Notes under the pieces: generated by a model
Told to the model about the DNA's origin: nothing
The model's database searches: none
The model's input: only the letters and a program-made list of their open reading frames with translations
DNA from: an uncultured candidatus Porisulfidus sp.
GTDB lineage: Bacteria > Pseudomonadota > Gammaproteobacteria > Poriferisulfidales > Poriferisulfidaceae
Reading direction: 5' to 3'
DNA: 64,000 nucleotides
Assembly: GCA_965116025.1 (NCBI GenBank)
Contig: OZ220480.1
Coordinates: forward strand, 832,001-896,000
In this document: positions 38,169-48,348 of the stretch, piece by piece
How positions within the stretch are numbered: the stretch's first letter is position 1
Layout of the letters: every line of letters begins with the position of its first letter
Translations under genes and position numbers: made by a program

Positions 38169-39257
38169 ATGCTGAAATCCATAAGGATACAGAACTTCCG
38201 CTGTTTCCGTGATCTTGAGATCAAGGATCTGGCTCGCGTCAATATTTTCTCGGGCAAAAACGATTCCGGGAAAACGAGTTTGCTCGAAGCGCTGTACTTG
38301 CTTTCGAACGCCATGAATCCGTTGGTCGCTAGAGACCCCAAAGTGGCACGCCTTCCCGACCCTCCATTCCCGCAGACTATTCCCGAAATCGTTTGGAGGC
38401 CGCTTTTTCACGATATGAAAGCGCGGGAGTCTATCCAAATTCATGCCGCTGACGTTTCGGGCGATGAGTGGGAATTGACGGTCTCGTTCACCGCTCTCTC
38501 CTCTCCTGTTCGGGAAAATCTGAAAGAGAGCCAAGAGGAAACCTCGCGATTGAAAGATGCCCCGCGGTCTCAAGGATTTGGTGCCCAACTGCGGTTTGGT
38601 TTCCGGAATTTGGAGCGCGAGGTCGAGACTTGTATTTCTGTGGAAGAGGGGCGCTTTCGGGTAGAGTCGAAAAACGATCATCTCGAAAAACCCTTCCCTG
38701 CCGAATTGATTTTCCCGCGTGAGCAGGAAAGAGATCTCGGGATAGATGCGGGTCGTCTGTCAGGGTTGCGAAAGATTAATGGGATCGACGGGATGCTTGA
38801 TCTCATCTCGATGGTGGAGCCGAGTTTCCTGAACATCAGAGGGGGGCCAGCATTCCGAACGGGAATGCCCATGAACCAGGTCGATATTGACGCCATTACC
38901 GAATTGATGCCACTGTCGGTCATGGGAAACGGAGCGCAACGCATCGTTCGCCTCGCTTTGGCCGTGCCGTGCATGTCTGGCGGACTCGTTCTTGTAGATG
39001 AGTTCGAAAGTTGCCTGCATCACTCAATGCTCGGTCCGGTATGGACGGAGCTTGGCAAGGTTGCGAAAGAATTCAATACGCAGATCGTCGCGACCACGAA
39101 CAGCTATGAATGTTTGTCGGCCGCCCAAGAAGCGCTCGACGCCGAAGAGTTCCGCTTTCATCGGCTGGATGTCGAGGAGCTTGGCGAGCGCGTCTGCGTG
39201 GCGTATAAGCCCCGTGAAATCGCCGCCGCGATCAAGCACAATTCCGAGGTTCGTTGA
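38169..39257 (+). CDS. ABC-type (AAA_15/AAA_21-like) ATPase
   Basis: IQNFR, GKNDSGKTS, MGNG, VDEFE and ATTNS motifs; ends in EVR. Confidence 0.8.
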   Translation: MLKSIRIQNFRCFRDLEIKDLARVNIFSGKNDSGKTSLLEALYLLSNAMNPLVARDPKVARLPDPPFPQTIPEIVWRPLFHDMKARESIQIHAADVSGDEWELTVSFTALSSPVRENLKESQEETSRLKDAPRSQGFGAQLRFGFRNLEREVETCISVEEGRFRVESKNDHLEKPFPAELIFPREQERDLGIDAGRLSGLRKINGIDGMLDLISMVEPSFLNIRGGPAFRTGMPMNQVDIDAITELMPLSVMGNGAQRIVRLALAVPCMSGGLVLVDEFESCLHHSMLGPVWTELGKVAKEFNTQIVATTNSYECLSAAQEALDAEEFRFHRLDVEELGERVCVAYKPREIAAAIKHNSEVR

Positions 39258-39646
39258 GCACGCCAACCGGAGAGCGTCGCGCGGGTTTCAAAGTTCTTCT
39301 TGCTCGCCGTTGGCATATGGCCATGAGAGCGGGCTGGGCGCGTTGTTTCGCGAGCATGCGCGAAGAGCGCAGCCGTGCCGGCGCGGGCATTCGCGTCAGG
39401 AACGATCTTGGAGCCATATGTGGCCCGTGGGTTTGGGTTGGTTGATCCGCCTTTATACGCCCGGGCATAAGGAGCGATACTGGATATCGATCCCTCAATA
39501 GGCGGCCGAAATCCTCGTACGAGCGGCTGAAAACAGCCGCCGCGCGCGTGTCCTCCGGTGCCGAAAATTTGCCAATCCCCCCACTTCCGTAGAAAATACG
39601 CGGCCTGTCGATGATTCCGTCTCGAGACCCTTCCTCTTCCCGTCCG

Positions 39647-41647
39647 ATGCCAGAGCGACGAGCGCTCGCGAACGCCATCCGCGCGCTGAGCATGGACGCC
39701 GTGGAGCGGGCCGCTTCCGGCCATCCCGGCATGCCGATGGGCATGGCGGACATCGCGGAGGTCCTGTGGCGGCGGCACCTCAAGCACAATCCCGCCAACC
39801 CGCGCTGGCCCGACCGCGACCGCTTCGTGGTCTCCAACGGACACGGCTCGATGCTGTTGTACAGCCTGCTGCATTTGACCGGCTATCCATTGTCGATGGA
39901 GGACCTGCGGGCGTTTCGGCAGATGCGCTCGCGCACGCCCGGGCACCCGGAGCTGGACCTGGATATCGGGGTCGAGACCACGACCGGTCCTCTGGGGCAG
40001 GGGTTGGCCAACGCGGTCGGGATGGCGCTGGCGGAGCGCCTGCTGGGCGACCGCTACAACCGCGAAGGACATTCGGTGGTCGATCACCGGACCTACGCGT
40101 TCGTGGGCGATGGGTGCCTGATGGAGGGCGTCTCGCACGAGGCGTGCGGTCTGGCCGGCGCGTTCCGCCTCGGCAAGCTGATCGTGTTCTACGACGACAA
40201 CGGCATCTCGATCGACGGCGAGACGAAAGGCTGGTTCACCGACGACACGGCCGGACGCTTCTCGGCCTATGGCTGGCATGTGGTTTCGGGCATCGACGGA
40301 CATGATCCTGAGGCGGTGGACCGGGCCATTCGCGAGGCGCGCTCGGATTCCCGCCCCTCGATTTTGTGTTGCCGGACCGTGATCGGCTACGGCTCGCCGG
40401 GGAAGCGCGGAACCGCGGACGCCCATGGCGCCCCGCTCGGCCCTGAAGAGATCGCGCGGGCGCGGGAGACTCTGGGCTGGCCCCATCCTCCGTTCGAGAT
40501 CCCGGACGAGATTCGGGAAGCCTGGGATTTCCGGGAGCGGGGAGCGGAGCTGGAGGCCCGGTGGCGGGCGGACATGGACGACTACGCCGCGCGCTATCCG
40601 GAGGAAGCGGCTGAATTGGGGCGGCGATTGGAAGGCGACTTGCCGGACGCGTTCGCGAAAGCGATCGACGCGCACATCGAGAGTCAGGTCGCGGACTCGC
40701 CGAAGGCGGCGACCCGCAAGCATTCCGGCAATGTTCTGGACGCGGTCGCCGACAGTCTGCCGGAGCTGATCGGGGGCTCGGCCGACCTTACCGGTTCCAA
40801 CAACACGCGACCCAAGGGTAGCCGCGCGGTCAGCGCGGGCGAAGACGGCACGTACATTTATTACGGGGTCCGGGAGTTCGGTATGGCCGCCGTTATGAAC
40901 GGCTTGGCCCTGCACGGCGGGTTCATTCCGTATGGCGGGACGTTTCTCACGTTCTCCGACTACGCCCGGAACGCGATTCGCATGGCGGCGCTGATGCGCC
41001 AGCGGGTGGTCTTCGTGCTGACGCATGATTCCATCGGTTTGGGCGAGGATGGCCCCACCCACCAAGCGGTGGAGCATCTGGCGAGCCTCCGGCTGATTCC
41101 GGGGCTTGACGTTTGGCGCCCGGCCGACGCGGTGGAGACGGCGGTCGCTTGGAAGCGCGCGCTCCAGCCGGGCCAGGGCCCGACCGCGCTGGCGTTGTCG
41201 CGGCAGTCCGTGGCGCGTTTGGAGCATACTCCAGAGACCGTCGCGCTGTCCGCGCGCGGGGGATACGCGCTGGTGGATTCAGAGGGGCCACCGGAACTGA
41301 TTCTGCTCGCCACAGGTTCCGAGGTGGGCTTGGCTGTCGCTTGCGCGGAAGCGCTTGACGGAGCCCGGATTCGAGTCGTGTCGATGCCCTGCATGGAGTC
41401 GTTCGCTCGGCAGGATCCGGACTATCGCGAGTCGGTGTTGCCAAGCGACGTCTCCGCCCGGATCGCGGTGGAGGCGGGCGTGGGCGAATCCTGGCGACGT
41501 TGGGTTGGTGATCAGGGACGAATACTGGGCGTCGAGGAGTTCGGACACTCTGCGCCAGGAGCCCGGGTGATGGAGCGCTTCGGGATAACTTTGGAAAATT
41601 TGACGAAAATGGCCCGCGAGACGCTGGGTCAGGGAGTGACAACATGA
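39647..41647 (+). CDS. tkt: transketolase
   Basis: [22 protein letters not shown] and [15 protein letters not shown] motifs. Confidence 0.97.
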   Translation: MPERRALANAIRALSMDAVERAASGHPGMPMGMADIAEVLWRRHLKHNPANPRWPDRDRFVVSNGHGSMLLYSLLHLTGYPLSMEDLRAFRQMRSRTPGHPELDLDIGVETTTGPLGQGLANAVGMALAERLLGDRYNREGHSVVDHRTYAFVGDGCLMEGVSHEACGLAGAFRLGKLIVFYDDNGISIDGETKGWFTDDTAGRFSAYGWHVVSGIDGHDPEAVDRAIREARSDSRPSILCCRTVIGYGSPGKRGTADAHGAPLGPEEIARARETLGWPHPPFEIPDEIREAWDFRERGAELEARWRADMDDYAARYPEEAAELGRRLEGDLPDAFAKAIDAHIESQVADSPKAATRKHSGNVLDAVADSLPELIGGSADLTGSNNTRPKGSRAVSAGEDGTYIYYGVREFGMAAVMNGLALHGGFIPYGGTFLTFSDYARNAIRMAALMRQRVVFVLTHDSIGLGEDGPTHQAVEHLASLRLIPGLDVWRPADAVETAVAWKRALQPGQGPTALALSRQSVARLEHTPETVALSARGGYALVDSEGPPELILLATGSEVGLAVACAEALDGARIRVVSMPCMESFARQDPDYRESVLPSDVSARIAVEAGVGESWRRWVGDQGRILGVEEFGHSAPGARVMERFGITLENLTKMARETLGQGVTT

Positions 41648-42660
41648 GCATTCGCGTAGGAATCAATGGCTACGGACGGATCGGGCGGAATATCTTGCGC
41701 GCCCTCTACGAGTCCGGGCGACAGAGCGAGATCGGCATCGTCGCGATCAACGACATCGGCGATCTGGAGGTCAGCGCGCACCTGACCCGCTACGACTCGG
41801 CGCACGGGCCGTTCGACCGCGAGGTCGAGGTCGAGGGCGACGCCATGAAGGTGGGAGGGGACCGCATCCGGTTCACCGCCTGCCGCAACCCGGCCGACAT
41901 CCCCTGGAGGGAGTCGGAAGTGGACGTGGTGATCGAGTCGACGGGGCTGTTCGCGTCGCGCGAGAAGGCGCAGGGGCACTTGGACGCGGGAGCGCCCAAG
42001 GTTCTGATCTCGGCCCCGGCCGGAAAGGACGTGGACGCGACCGTAGTGTACGGCGTCAACCATGACCAGCTGCGCGCGGATCACACCGTGGTCTCCAACG
42101 CCTCCTGCACCACCAACTGTCTCGCGCCTTTGGCCAAGGTGCTGATGGAGTCCGTTGGCATCGAGTCCGGCATCATGACGACCATCCACTCGTACACCAA
42201 CGACCAAGTGCTGACGGACGTGGCGCACGGCGACCTGCGCCGGGCCCGCTCGGCGACGCAGTCGATGATTCCGACCGCGACCGGCGCGGCGCGCGCGGTC
42301 GGGCTGGTATTGCCGGAGCTGGATGGCCGCCTGGACGGATTCGCCATCCGCGTGCCGACCATCAACGTCTCGGTGGTGGATCTGAGTTTCGTGGCCGGGC
42401 GGGAGACGGACGCCGAGGAGGTCAACGCGGCCGTCCGCGCGGCCGCCGAGGGGCCGCTCGCCGGCGTGCTGGCGTACAACGAGGCTCCGCTGGTGTCGAT
42501 CGATTTCAATCATAATCCGGCATCGTCCACGTTCGACGCCTCGCTGACCAAGACGCTTCCCGGAAACCTGGTCAAGGTCCTGTCGTGGTACGACAACGAG
42601 TGGGGGTTCTCCAACCGCATGCTGGACGTCATCGCCGCCTGGACGCGCGCGGGCGCATGA
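41644..42660 (+). CDS. gap: glyceraldehyde-3-phosphate dehydrogenase, type I
   Basis: [17 protein letters not shown] and WYDNEWG motifs. Confidence 0.96.
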   Translation: MSIRVGINGYGRIGRNILRALYESGRQSEIGIVAINDIGDLEVSAHLTRYDSAHGPFDREVEVEGDAMKVGGDRIRFTACRNPADIPWRESEVDVVIESTGLFASREKAQGHLDAGAPKVLISAPAGKDVDATVVYGVNHDQLRADHTVVSNASCTTNCLAPLAKVLMESVGIESGIMTTIHSYTNDQVLTDVAHGDLRRARSATQSMIPTATGAARAVGLVLPELDGRLDGFAIRVPTINVSVVDLSFVAGRETDAEEVNAAVRAAAEGPLAGVLAYNEAPLVSIDFNHNPASSTFDASLTKTLPGNLVKVLSWYDNEWGFSNRMLDVIAAWTRAGA

Positions 42661-43829
42661 GGATTCCCCCCGGCCTGCCGGGCCGGCTTCCGCCGGGCGG
42701 CCGGGCGCTGTTGCGCGCCGACCTGAACGTGCCGATAGCGTCCGGGCGCGTGGCGTCGGATGAGCGGATTCGCGCGAGCCTTCCCACCATTCGTCGCCTG
42801 CGGCGGGCGGGTTGCCGCGTTCTAGTGATGTCGCATCTAGGTCGTCCTCGAGCCGGACGGCGCGACGCCTCCGCCTCTCTGAAGCCGGTGGCGGCGGAAC
42901 TGGCGCGGCGGCTGGAAGAGCCGGTGGGATTCCGGCGCGATTGGATCGATGGCGCGAGAACCCGCCCCGGCAGCGTCACGTTGCTCGAGAACGTCCGCTT
43001 TCTGGAAGGGGAGATTGAGGACGACGATGATTTGGGCAGGCGCATGGCCGCCTTGTGCGACTTGTACGTGATGGATGCCTTCGGTAGCGCGCACCGCGCG
43101 CACGCCTCGACGCATGCGGTCGCCCGACACGCGCCGCGCGCCTTCGCCGGGCCGTTGCTGCGGCGCGAGCTGCGCATGCTGGCGCGCGCTCTGGAGACCC
43201 CGGCGCGGCCCTTGCTGGCGGTCGTCGGGGGCGCCAAGGTTTCCACCAAGATCGATGTTCTGGAGCGCTTGGCCGGGATCGCCGACGAGTTGATCGTCGG
43301 GGGCGGGATCGCCAACACCTTCCTGAAAGCCGCGGGCCGGGATATCGGGGATTCCCTGCATGAGCCGGCGCGGCTGGCCCTCGCCCGGCGCCTGATGGCG
43401 TCATCCTCCCGCCTCCGCGCGACCGTCTCCCTGCCTCGGGACGTGGTCTGCGAGGTTCCGGGCTCGCGCGAGCCGGTGATTCGGATGGCGGACGAGACGC
43501 GACCGGGCGAGCGGATCATGGATGTCGGGCCGAAGACCCGGAAGCGGTACGATCAGCTCGCGCGCGCGGCCGGGACGGTGATCTGGAACGGCCCTCTCGG
43601 CGTGTTCGAGGATCCGAGTTTCGCGGGCGGGACCGAGGCCTTGGGCCGTTCTATCGCCGCCTCGCGGGCGTTCTCCATCGCGGGCGGGGGCGATACGCTG
43701 GCCGCCGCGAGGAGGTTTCGGATCAAGAGCGCGATATCGTATCTGTCGACGGGCGGCGGAGCGTTTTTGGAATACGCGGCCGGGCGCGCGCTTCCGGCCG
43801 TCGACGCGCTCAACGAGGCGACGTCATGA
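42657..43829 (+). CDS. pgk: phosphoglycerate kinase
   Basis: [30 protein letters not shown] and STGGGA motifs. Confidence 0.95.
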   Translation: MRIPPGLPGRLPPGGRALLRADLNVPIASGRVASDERIRASLPTIRRLRRAGCRVLVMSHLGRPRAGRRDASASLKPVAAELARRLEEPVGFRRDWIDGARTRPGSVTLLENVRFLEGEIEDDDDLGRRMAALCDLYVMDAFGSAHRAHASTHAVARHAPRAFAGPLLRRELRMLARALETPARPLLAVVGGAKVSTKIDVLERLAGIADELIVGGGIANTFLKAAGRDIGDSLHEPARLALARRLMASSSRLRATVSLPRDVVCEVPGSREPVIRMADETRPGERIMDVGPKTRKRYDQLARAAGTVIWNGPLGVFEDPSFAGGTEALGRSIAASRAFSIAGGGDTLAAARRFRIKSAISYLSTGGGAFLEYAAGRALPAVDALNEATS

Positions 43830-45307
43830 CCGCGCCGAGATCCGACTTGCGCCACCGACGCACCAAGATCATCGCCACCTTGGGGCCGGCGACGGATTCC
43901 CCGGAGAGGTTGCGCGGACTGATCGACGCGGGGGTGGACGTGGTCCGCCTGAACTTCTCCCATGGCTCTCGGGACGAGCATCGCGAGCGAGCGGAGCGAA
44001 TCCGCGAGATGACCGAGCCGAACTACCACCTGGCGATTCTGGGCGATCTCCAGGGACCGAAGATTCGCATCACCGGGTTTCGGGATGGCTCGATCATCCT
44101 CAAGCCGGGCGATCCCTTCGTGCTGGACCCGGACATGGATCCGGACGCTGGCACGGGCGAGGCCGTCGGGCTGACCTATCCGGATTTGGCCGAGGACGTG
44201 CGCGTCGACGATGATTTGTTGCTGGACGACGGTCGTCTCGTGTTGCGGGTCAAGGCTCTGGAATCCGGTCGCATCGTCACCGAGACCGTGACCGGTGGGG
44301 TTTTGCAGAACGCCAAAGGCGTCAATCGCGCGGGTGGCGGCCTGTCGGCGCCCTCGATCGCCGCCAAGGACCATGAGGACATCCGACTGGCCGCGGAGAT
44401 CGGAGTGGACTATCTCGCGGTGTCCTATCCGCGCAATGGGAGCGACATCTATTACGCGCGCGAGTTGCTACGCGAGGCGGGCGGCAACGCGCACCTGATC
44501 GCGAAGATCGAGCGAGCCGAGGCGGTCGAGCGAATCGACGAGATTCTGGATGCGTCGGACGCGATCATGGTGGCGCGCGGCGACCTCGGCGTGGAGATCG
44601 GAGACCCGGAACTGCCGGCGGTGCAGAAGAGCCTGATTCGCAAGGCCTGGCGGCACAACCGGGTGGTGATCACCGCGACGCAGATGATGGAGTCCATGAT
44701 CACCAGCACCATCCCGACTCGCGCCGAGGTGTTCGACGTGGCCAACGCCGTGTTGGACGGGACCGACGCCGTGATGCTGTCGGCGGAGACCGCGGTTGGG
44801 GAGAACCCGGTCGAGGCGGTGCTGGCGATGAGCCGAATCTGCGTGGGCTCCGAGGGCAACGCCGCCGGAGACATCCTGGAACTCGCCGAATCCGAAGAGG
44901 ATCTGCTCGACGCGGACGAGGCGATCGCGCTGTCGGCGATCTTCGCCGCCAACCACTTGGACGTCAAGGCCATCGCCGCCTTGACCGAGTCCGGCTCCAC
45001 GCCGCGGCAGATGTCGCGCTTTCGCTCCAGCATCCCGATCTACGCGGTCTCCCGCAACCTCGAGACGCGGAGGCGGGTCAACCTGTACCGCGGGGTGTAC
45101 CCGGTCACCCTGAGCGACATCAGCACCGACCACGCGCAGCTCAACCGGGATCTGGTCGGCGCGCTGAAAAATCGAGGCGTGGTGGTGGATGGCGACCGGG
45201 TCATCATCACCAAGGGCGATTTGGCTGGGGTGCAGGGCGGAACGAACGCGCTGAAGATCGTGGAGGCGGGCGCGATGGCCGAGACGCGCGGCGTCGCGGT
45301 CGAGTAG
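43826..45307 (+). CDS. pyk: pyruvate kinase
   Basis: TKIIATLGP, RLNFSHG, MVARGDLG and ATQMMESM motifs. Confidence 0.96.
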   Translation: MTAPRSDLRHRRTKIIATLGPATDSPERLRGLIDAGVDVVRLNFSHGSRDEHRERAERIREMTEPNYHLAILGDLQGPKIRITGFRDGSIILKPGDPFVLDPDMDPDAGTGEAVGLTYPDLAEDVRVDDDLLLDDGRLVLRVKALESGRIVTETVTGGVLQNAKGVNRAGGGLSAPSIAAKDHEDIRLAAEIGVDYLAVSYPRNGSDIYYARELLREAGGNAHLIAKIERAEAVERIDEILDASDAIMVARGDLGVEIGDPELPAVQKSLIRKAWRHNRVVITATQMMESMITSTIPTRAEVFDVANAVLDGTDAVMLSAETAVGENPVEAVLAMSRICVGSEGNAAGDILELAESEEDLLDADEAIALSAIFAANHLDVKAIAALTESGSTPRQMSRFRSSIPIYAVSRNLETRRRVNLYRGVYPVTLSDISTDHAQLNRDLVGALKNRGVVVDGDRVIITKGDLAGVQGGTNALKIVEAGAMAETRGVAVE

Positions 45308-45358
45308 AGTTAAAATGATCTTCCCTGAACCTTCCACCCCGCAATCCGAGTTTTTCTC

Positions 45359-46378
45359 ATGAACCGTGAAACACTAAGCGCGACCGCGCGCGCCATGGTG
45401 GCCCCCGGCAAGGGCATCCTGGCGATGGACGAGAGTCACCCGACCTGCAAGAAGCGTTTCGACGCCTTGGGCATCGAGTTCACCGAGGAGAACCGCCGCG
45501 CCTACCGCGACATGCTGGTCACTGCGCCGGGCCTCGGCGACCATATTGGCGGCGCGATCCTCTTCGACGAGACCCTGCGCCAGAGTCTGCTGGACGGAAC
45601 GTCGTTCCCGAAGCGTCTGGAGGCGCTTGGAATCGTGCCGGGCATCAAGGTGGACAAGGGCGCGAAGGACTTGGCTGGCCACCCGGGCGAGAAGGTGACC
45701 GAGGGGCTGGACGGATTGCGCGATCGCTTGGCCGAGTACGCGGAACTAGGCGCGCGCTTCGCCAAGTGGAGGGCGGTCATCGCCATCGGCGACGGTCTGC
45801 CGAGCGACGCTTGCCTGGAGGCCAACGCCCACGCTCTCGCCCGCTACGCGACCTTGTGCCAGGAAGCGGATCTGGTACCGATCGTCGAGCCTGAGGTGCT
45901 GATGAATGGCGCGCACGATATTGACCGTAGCCAAGAGGTGACCGAGCGCGCCCTGGAGACGACGTTCGATCAACTGGCGCGTCAGGGCGCGTGGCTGGAG
46001 GGCATCGTGCTGAAGCCCAGCATGGTGATCTCGGGCGATCAGCGCGCGGAGCGCGCGGATGTCGAGACCGTGGCGGCGCGCACGGTCGAATGCCTGAAAA
46101 AGACGGTTCCGGCGGCGGTGCCCGGGATCGCGTTCCTGTCCGGTGGGCAGAGCGACGAGGAGGCGAGCGCGCATCTGAACGCGATCAACCAACACCCCGA
46201 TCTTCCTTGGGCCGTGACCTTCTCCTACGGCCGCGCCTTGCAGCAGCGGGCCATGAGGTCTTGGGGAGGAGTCGAGGCCAACCGCGGAGTTGGGCAGGCC
46301 GCGATCGCCAAGCGCGCTCGCCTGAACGGGGCGGCCGCGCGCGGGGCGTACGAGGAAGGGATGGAAAGAGCGGCCTGA
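45359..46378 (+). CDS. fba: fructose-bisphosphate aldolase, class I
   Basis: GKGILAMDES, AKWR, PIVEPE, LKPSM and FLSGGQS motifs. Confidence 0.95.
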   Translation: MNRETLSATARAMVAPGKGILAMDESHPTCKKRFDALGIEFTEENRRAYRDMLVTAPGLGDHIGGAILFDETLRQSLLDGTSFPKRLEALGIVPGIKVDKGAKDLAGHPGEKVTEGLDGLRDRLAEYAELGARFAKWRAVIAIGDGLPSDACLEANAHALARYATLCQEADLVPIVEPEVLMNGAHDIDRSQEVTERALETTFDQLARQGAWLEGIVLKPSMVISGDQRAERADVETVAARTVECLKKTVPAAVPGIAFLSGGQSDEEASAHLNAINQHPDLPWAVTFSYGRALQQRAMRSWGGVEANRGVGQAAIAKRARLNGAAARGAYEEGMERAA

Positions 46379-46387
46379 TTCGGGTCT

Positions 46388-47440
46388 ATGGCGACGGCCC
46401 GGCTCTGGAATTCCGAGCGCTCGTTCGAGGTCCAGGGGAACGAGAGCCTGCTGGAGGCGGCCATCCGAGACGGCGTCAGTCTCCCGTACGGGTGCAGCTC
46501 CGGAAACTGCGGCTTGTGCCGCGCCCGGCTGGTGGAGGGAGAGCTCAAGGAGGTTCGCCATCACGACTTCGCGCTCACCCAGGCCGAACGGGCGGCGGGC
46601 GCGTTCCTGATGTGCAGCGAGAGCGCGTCCGGCGATGTCGTGATCGAGGTCGAGCTGGAAGACGATCCCGAAGCCATCCCGTGGCAGACCCTGCGAACGA
46701 AAGTCAAGACCGCGGAAAAACTCGGCGAGCGCCTGTTGTGGCTGAGGTTGCGCGTCCCGCGCTCGTCGCGCTTGCGCTTCCTGGCTGGGCAGTACGCGAC
46801 CTTGACGCTGGAGAATGGCGCGAGGAGCGACAGCGCGATCGCCAGTTGCCCGTGCGACGAGCGAACCTTGGATTTTCATATTCGCCGCCTGCCGGACGAT
46901 GATTTTTCCGATTACGCCTTCGAATCCCTGCGGCCGGGACAGGCCGTGACGGTGGAGGCGCCCGGCGGGCGCTTCGCGTTCGACGAGGATTCCGACCGCC
47001 CGGCCCTGTTCGTGGCCTTCGACACTGGGTTCGCGGCCATCAAGAGCATGCTGGAGCATGTCACCGCGCGCGAATCCGAGCGTCCGCTGCGCCTCTACCG
47101 AATCTGCTGCGGAGAAGACGATTTGTACATGGACAACTTGTGCCGCTCGTGGGCGGACGCGCTCGACGAGTTGAGCTACACGCCTCTGGTGATCGACGAG
47201 ACCTTCCATGAATGGGCCGCGAACGAGATGTCTGGCATGGACAAGGTGGAGAGCATGCTGCGTCGCGTCGTGGAGACCTGCCCGGACCTGCCTGGAATGG
47301 ATGTCTACCTATGCGCGCCGGAGCCGGTGGTGGAGCTTTTCGACGCGCTGGCCATGGGGTGCCGGATGACGCGGGAGGGCTTTCACGCCGAGATCATCCG
47401 GGGCAACTCGTACACGCGCTGCCTGGGAACGACGGCATGA
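46388..47440 (+). CDS. 2Fe-2S ferredoxin:NAD(P)H/flavin reductase-like protein
   Basis: CSSGNCGLC...C plant-type cluster, FLAGQY and DTGFA motifs. Confidence 0.82.
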   Translation: MATARLWNSERSFEVQGNESLLEAAIRDGVSLPYGCSSGNCGLCRARLVEGELKEVRHHDFALTQAERAAGAFLMCSESASGDVVIEVELEDDPEAIPWQTLRTKVKTAEKLGERLLWLRLRVPRSSRLRFLAGQYATLTLENGARSDSAIASCPCDERTLDFHIRRLPDDDFSDYAFESLRPGQAVTVEAPGGRFAFDEDSDRPALFVAFDTGFAAIKSMLEHVTARESERPLRLYRICCGEDDLYMDNLCRSWADALDELSYTPLVIDETFHEWAANEMSGMDKVESMLRRVVETCPDLPGMDVYLCAPEPVVELFDALAMGCRMTREGFHAEIIRGNSYTRCLGTTA

Positions 47441-47812
47441 GCGAGCGCCGCTACAGCGAGGATCATCTCTGGGTGGAGCCCGACGGCTCCGGCATGGTCC
47501 GGATCGGGGTGACCCGCTACGCGCAAGAGGAGCCTGGGCGACATCCTGTTCGTGGAGTTGCCGAAGCCCGGGGCGGGGCTGGCTTCGGGCCAGAGCTTCG
47601 GGGTTATCGAATCGGTGAAGACCGCGTCGGATCTGATCGCGCCGGTCTCGGGCGAGGTCGTGGAGGTCAACGCGCTTCTGCGCGAGGAGCCGTGGCAGGT
47701 CAACGATTCGCCGGAAGGCGCCGGCTGGATCCTGAAGGCGCGCCTTTCCGGGCCAGACCCGAGCGCGTCCCTGATGGACGAGCGCGCCTACCGGAAATTG
47801 ACCGAAGGATAG
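47437..47812 (+). pseudogene. gcvH: glycine cleavage H protein, frameshifted (pseudogene or sequencing error)
   Basis: YSEDHLWV...IGVTRYAQE in one frame continues as LGDILFVELP...IESVKTASD in the next; one extra base near 47530-47534. Confidence 0.85.
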
Positions 47813-47822
47813 TCCGCGCTCA

Positions 47823-48173
47823 TCAAACGTAGTGCCGGCGGTATGATCGGCGGGTCCCGGCGCGTTGGCTGATGACGCCGAGAATGCTGGAGGGCCCGCC
47901 GATCTCGATCACGGGATAGCCGGGGTTGACGGGGCGGAGCCAGTGCCGTCCGTCCTCGACGTGGTATTGGCGAAAGATCGGCTCTCCATCCACTCTCGCC
48001 ACCACGTAGGAGTCGGGCGCGACATGCCCGGCCGGGTCGACGATCACGATGCAACCGTCCGCGAACTCCGGCTCCATGCTGTCGCCAAGCACGCGCAGGG
48101 CGTAGGGCTCATGCGCCGCGCAACCGGCGTCCTCCAGCACGGGGTTTTGGGGGTGGGGGTTGGGATGACTCAT
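47823..48173 (-). CDS. stand-alone S24/S26 peptidase-like domain protein
   Basis: ALRVLGDSMEP...G.IVIVDP...N...ILGV; no HTH domain. Confidence 0.8.
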   Translation of the reverse strand: MSHPNPHPQNPVLEDAGCAAHEPYALRVLGDSMEPEFADGCIVIVDPAGHVAPDSYVVARVDGEPIFRQYHVEDGRHWLRPVNPGYPVIEIGGPSSILGVISQRAGTRRSYRRHYV

Positions 48174-48348
48174 CGCGGATCATTACAGCACATCACCGTT
48201 TCAATTCATAGGTGCACCGGTGTCCGCGAAGCATCTGAAATATCACGCGGCGGCGACGCTCCGCGAGATCGCGCCGGAGATCGCGGGCGCGAGCGTGACC
48301 GCGAAGACGCTAACCGATCAGTGGATGGCCGGTCATAAAGCCGGCTTC

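Noticed and set aside
41644-42660. Erythrose-4-phosphate dehydrogenase (epd) instead of gap
   Set aside because: HSYTNDQ and DLRRAR fit phosphorylating GAPDH.
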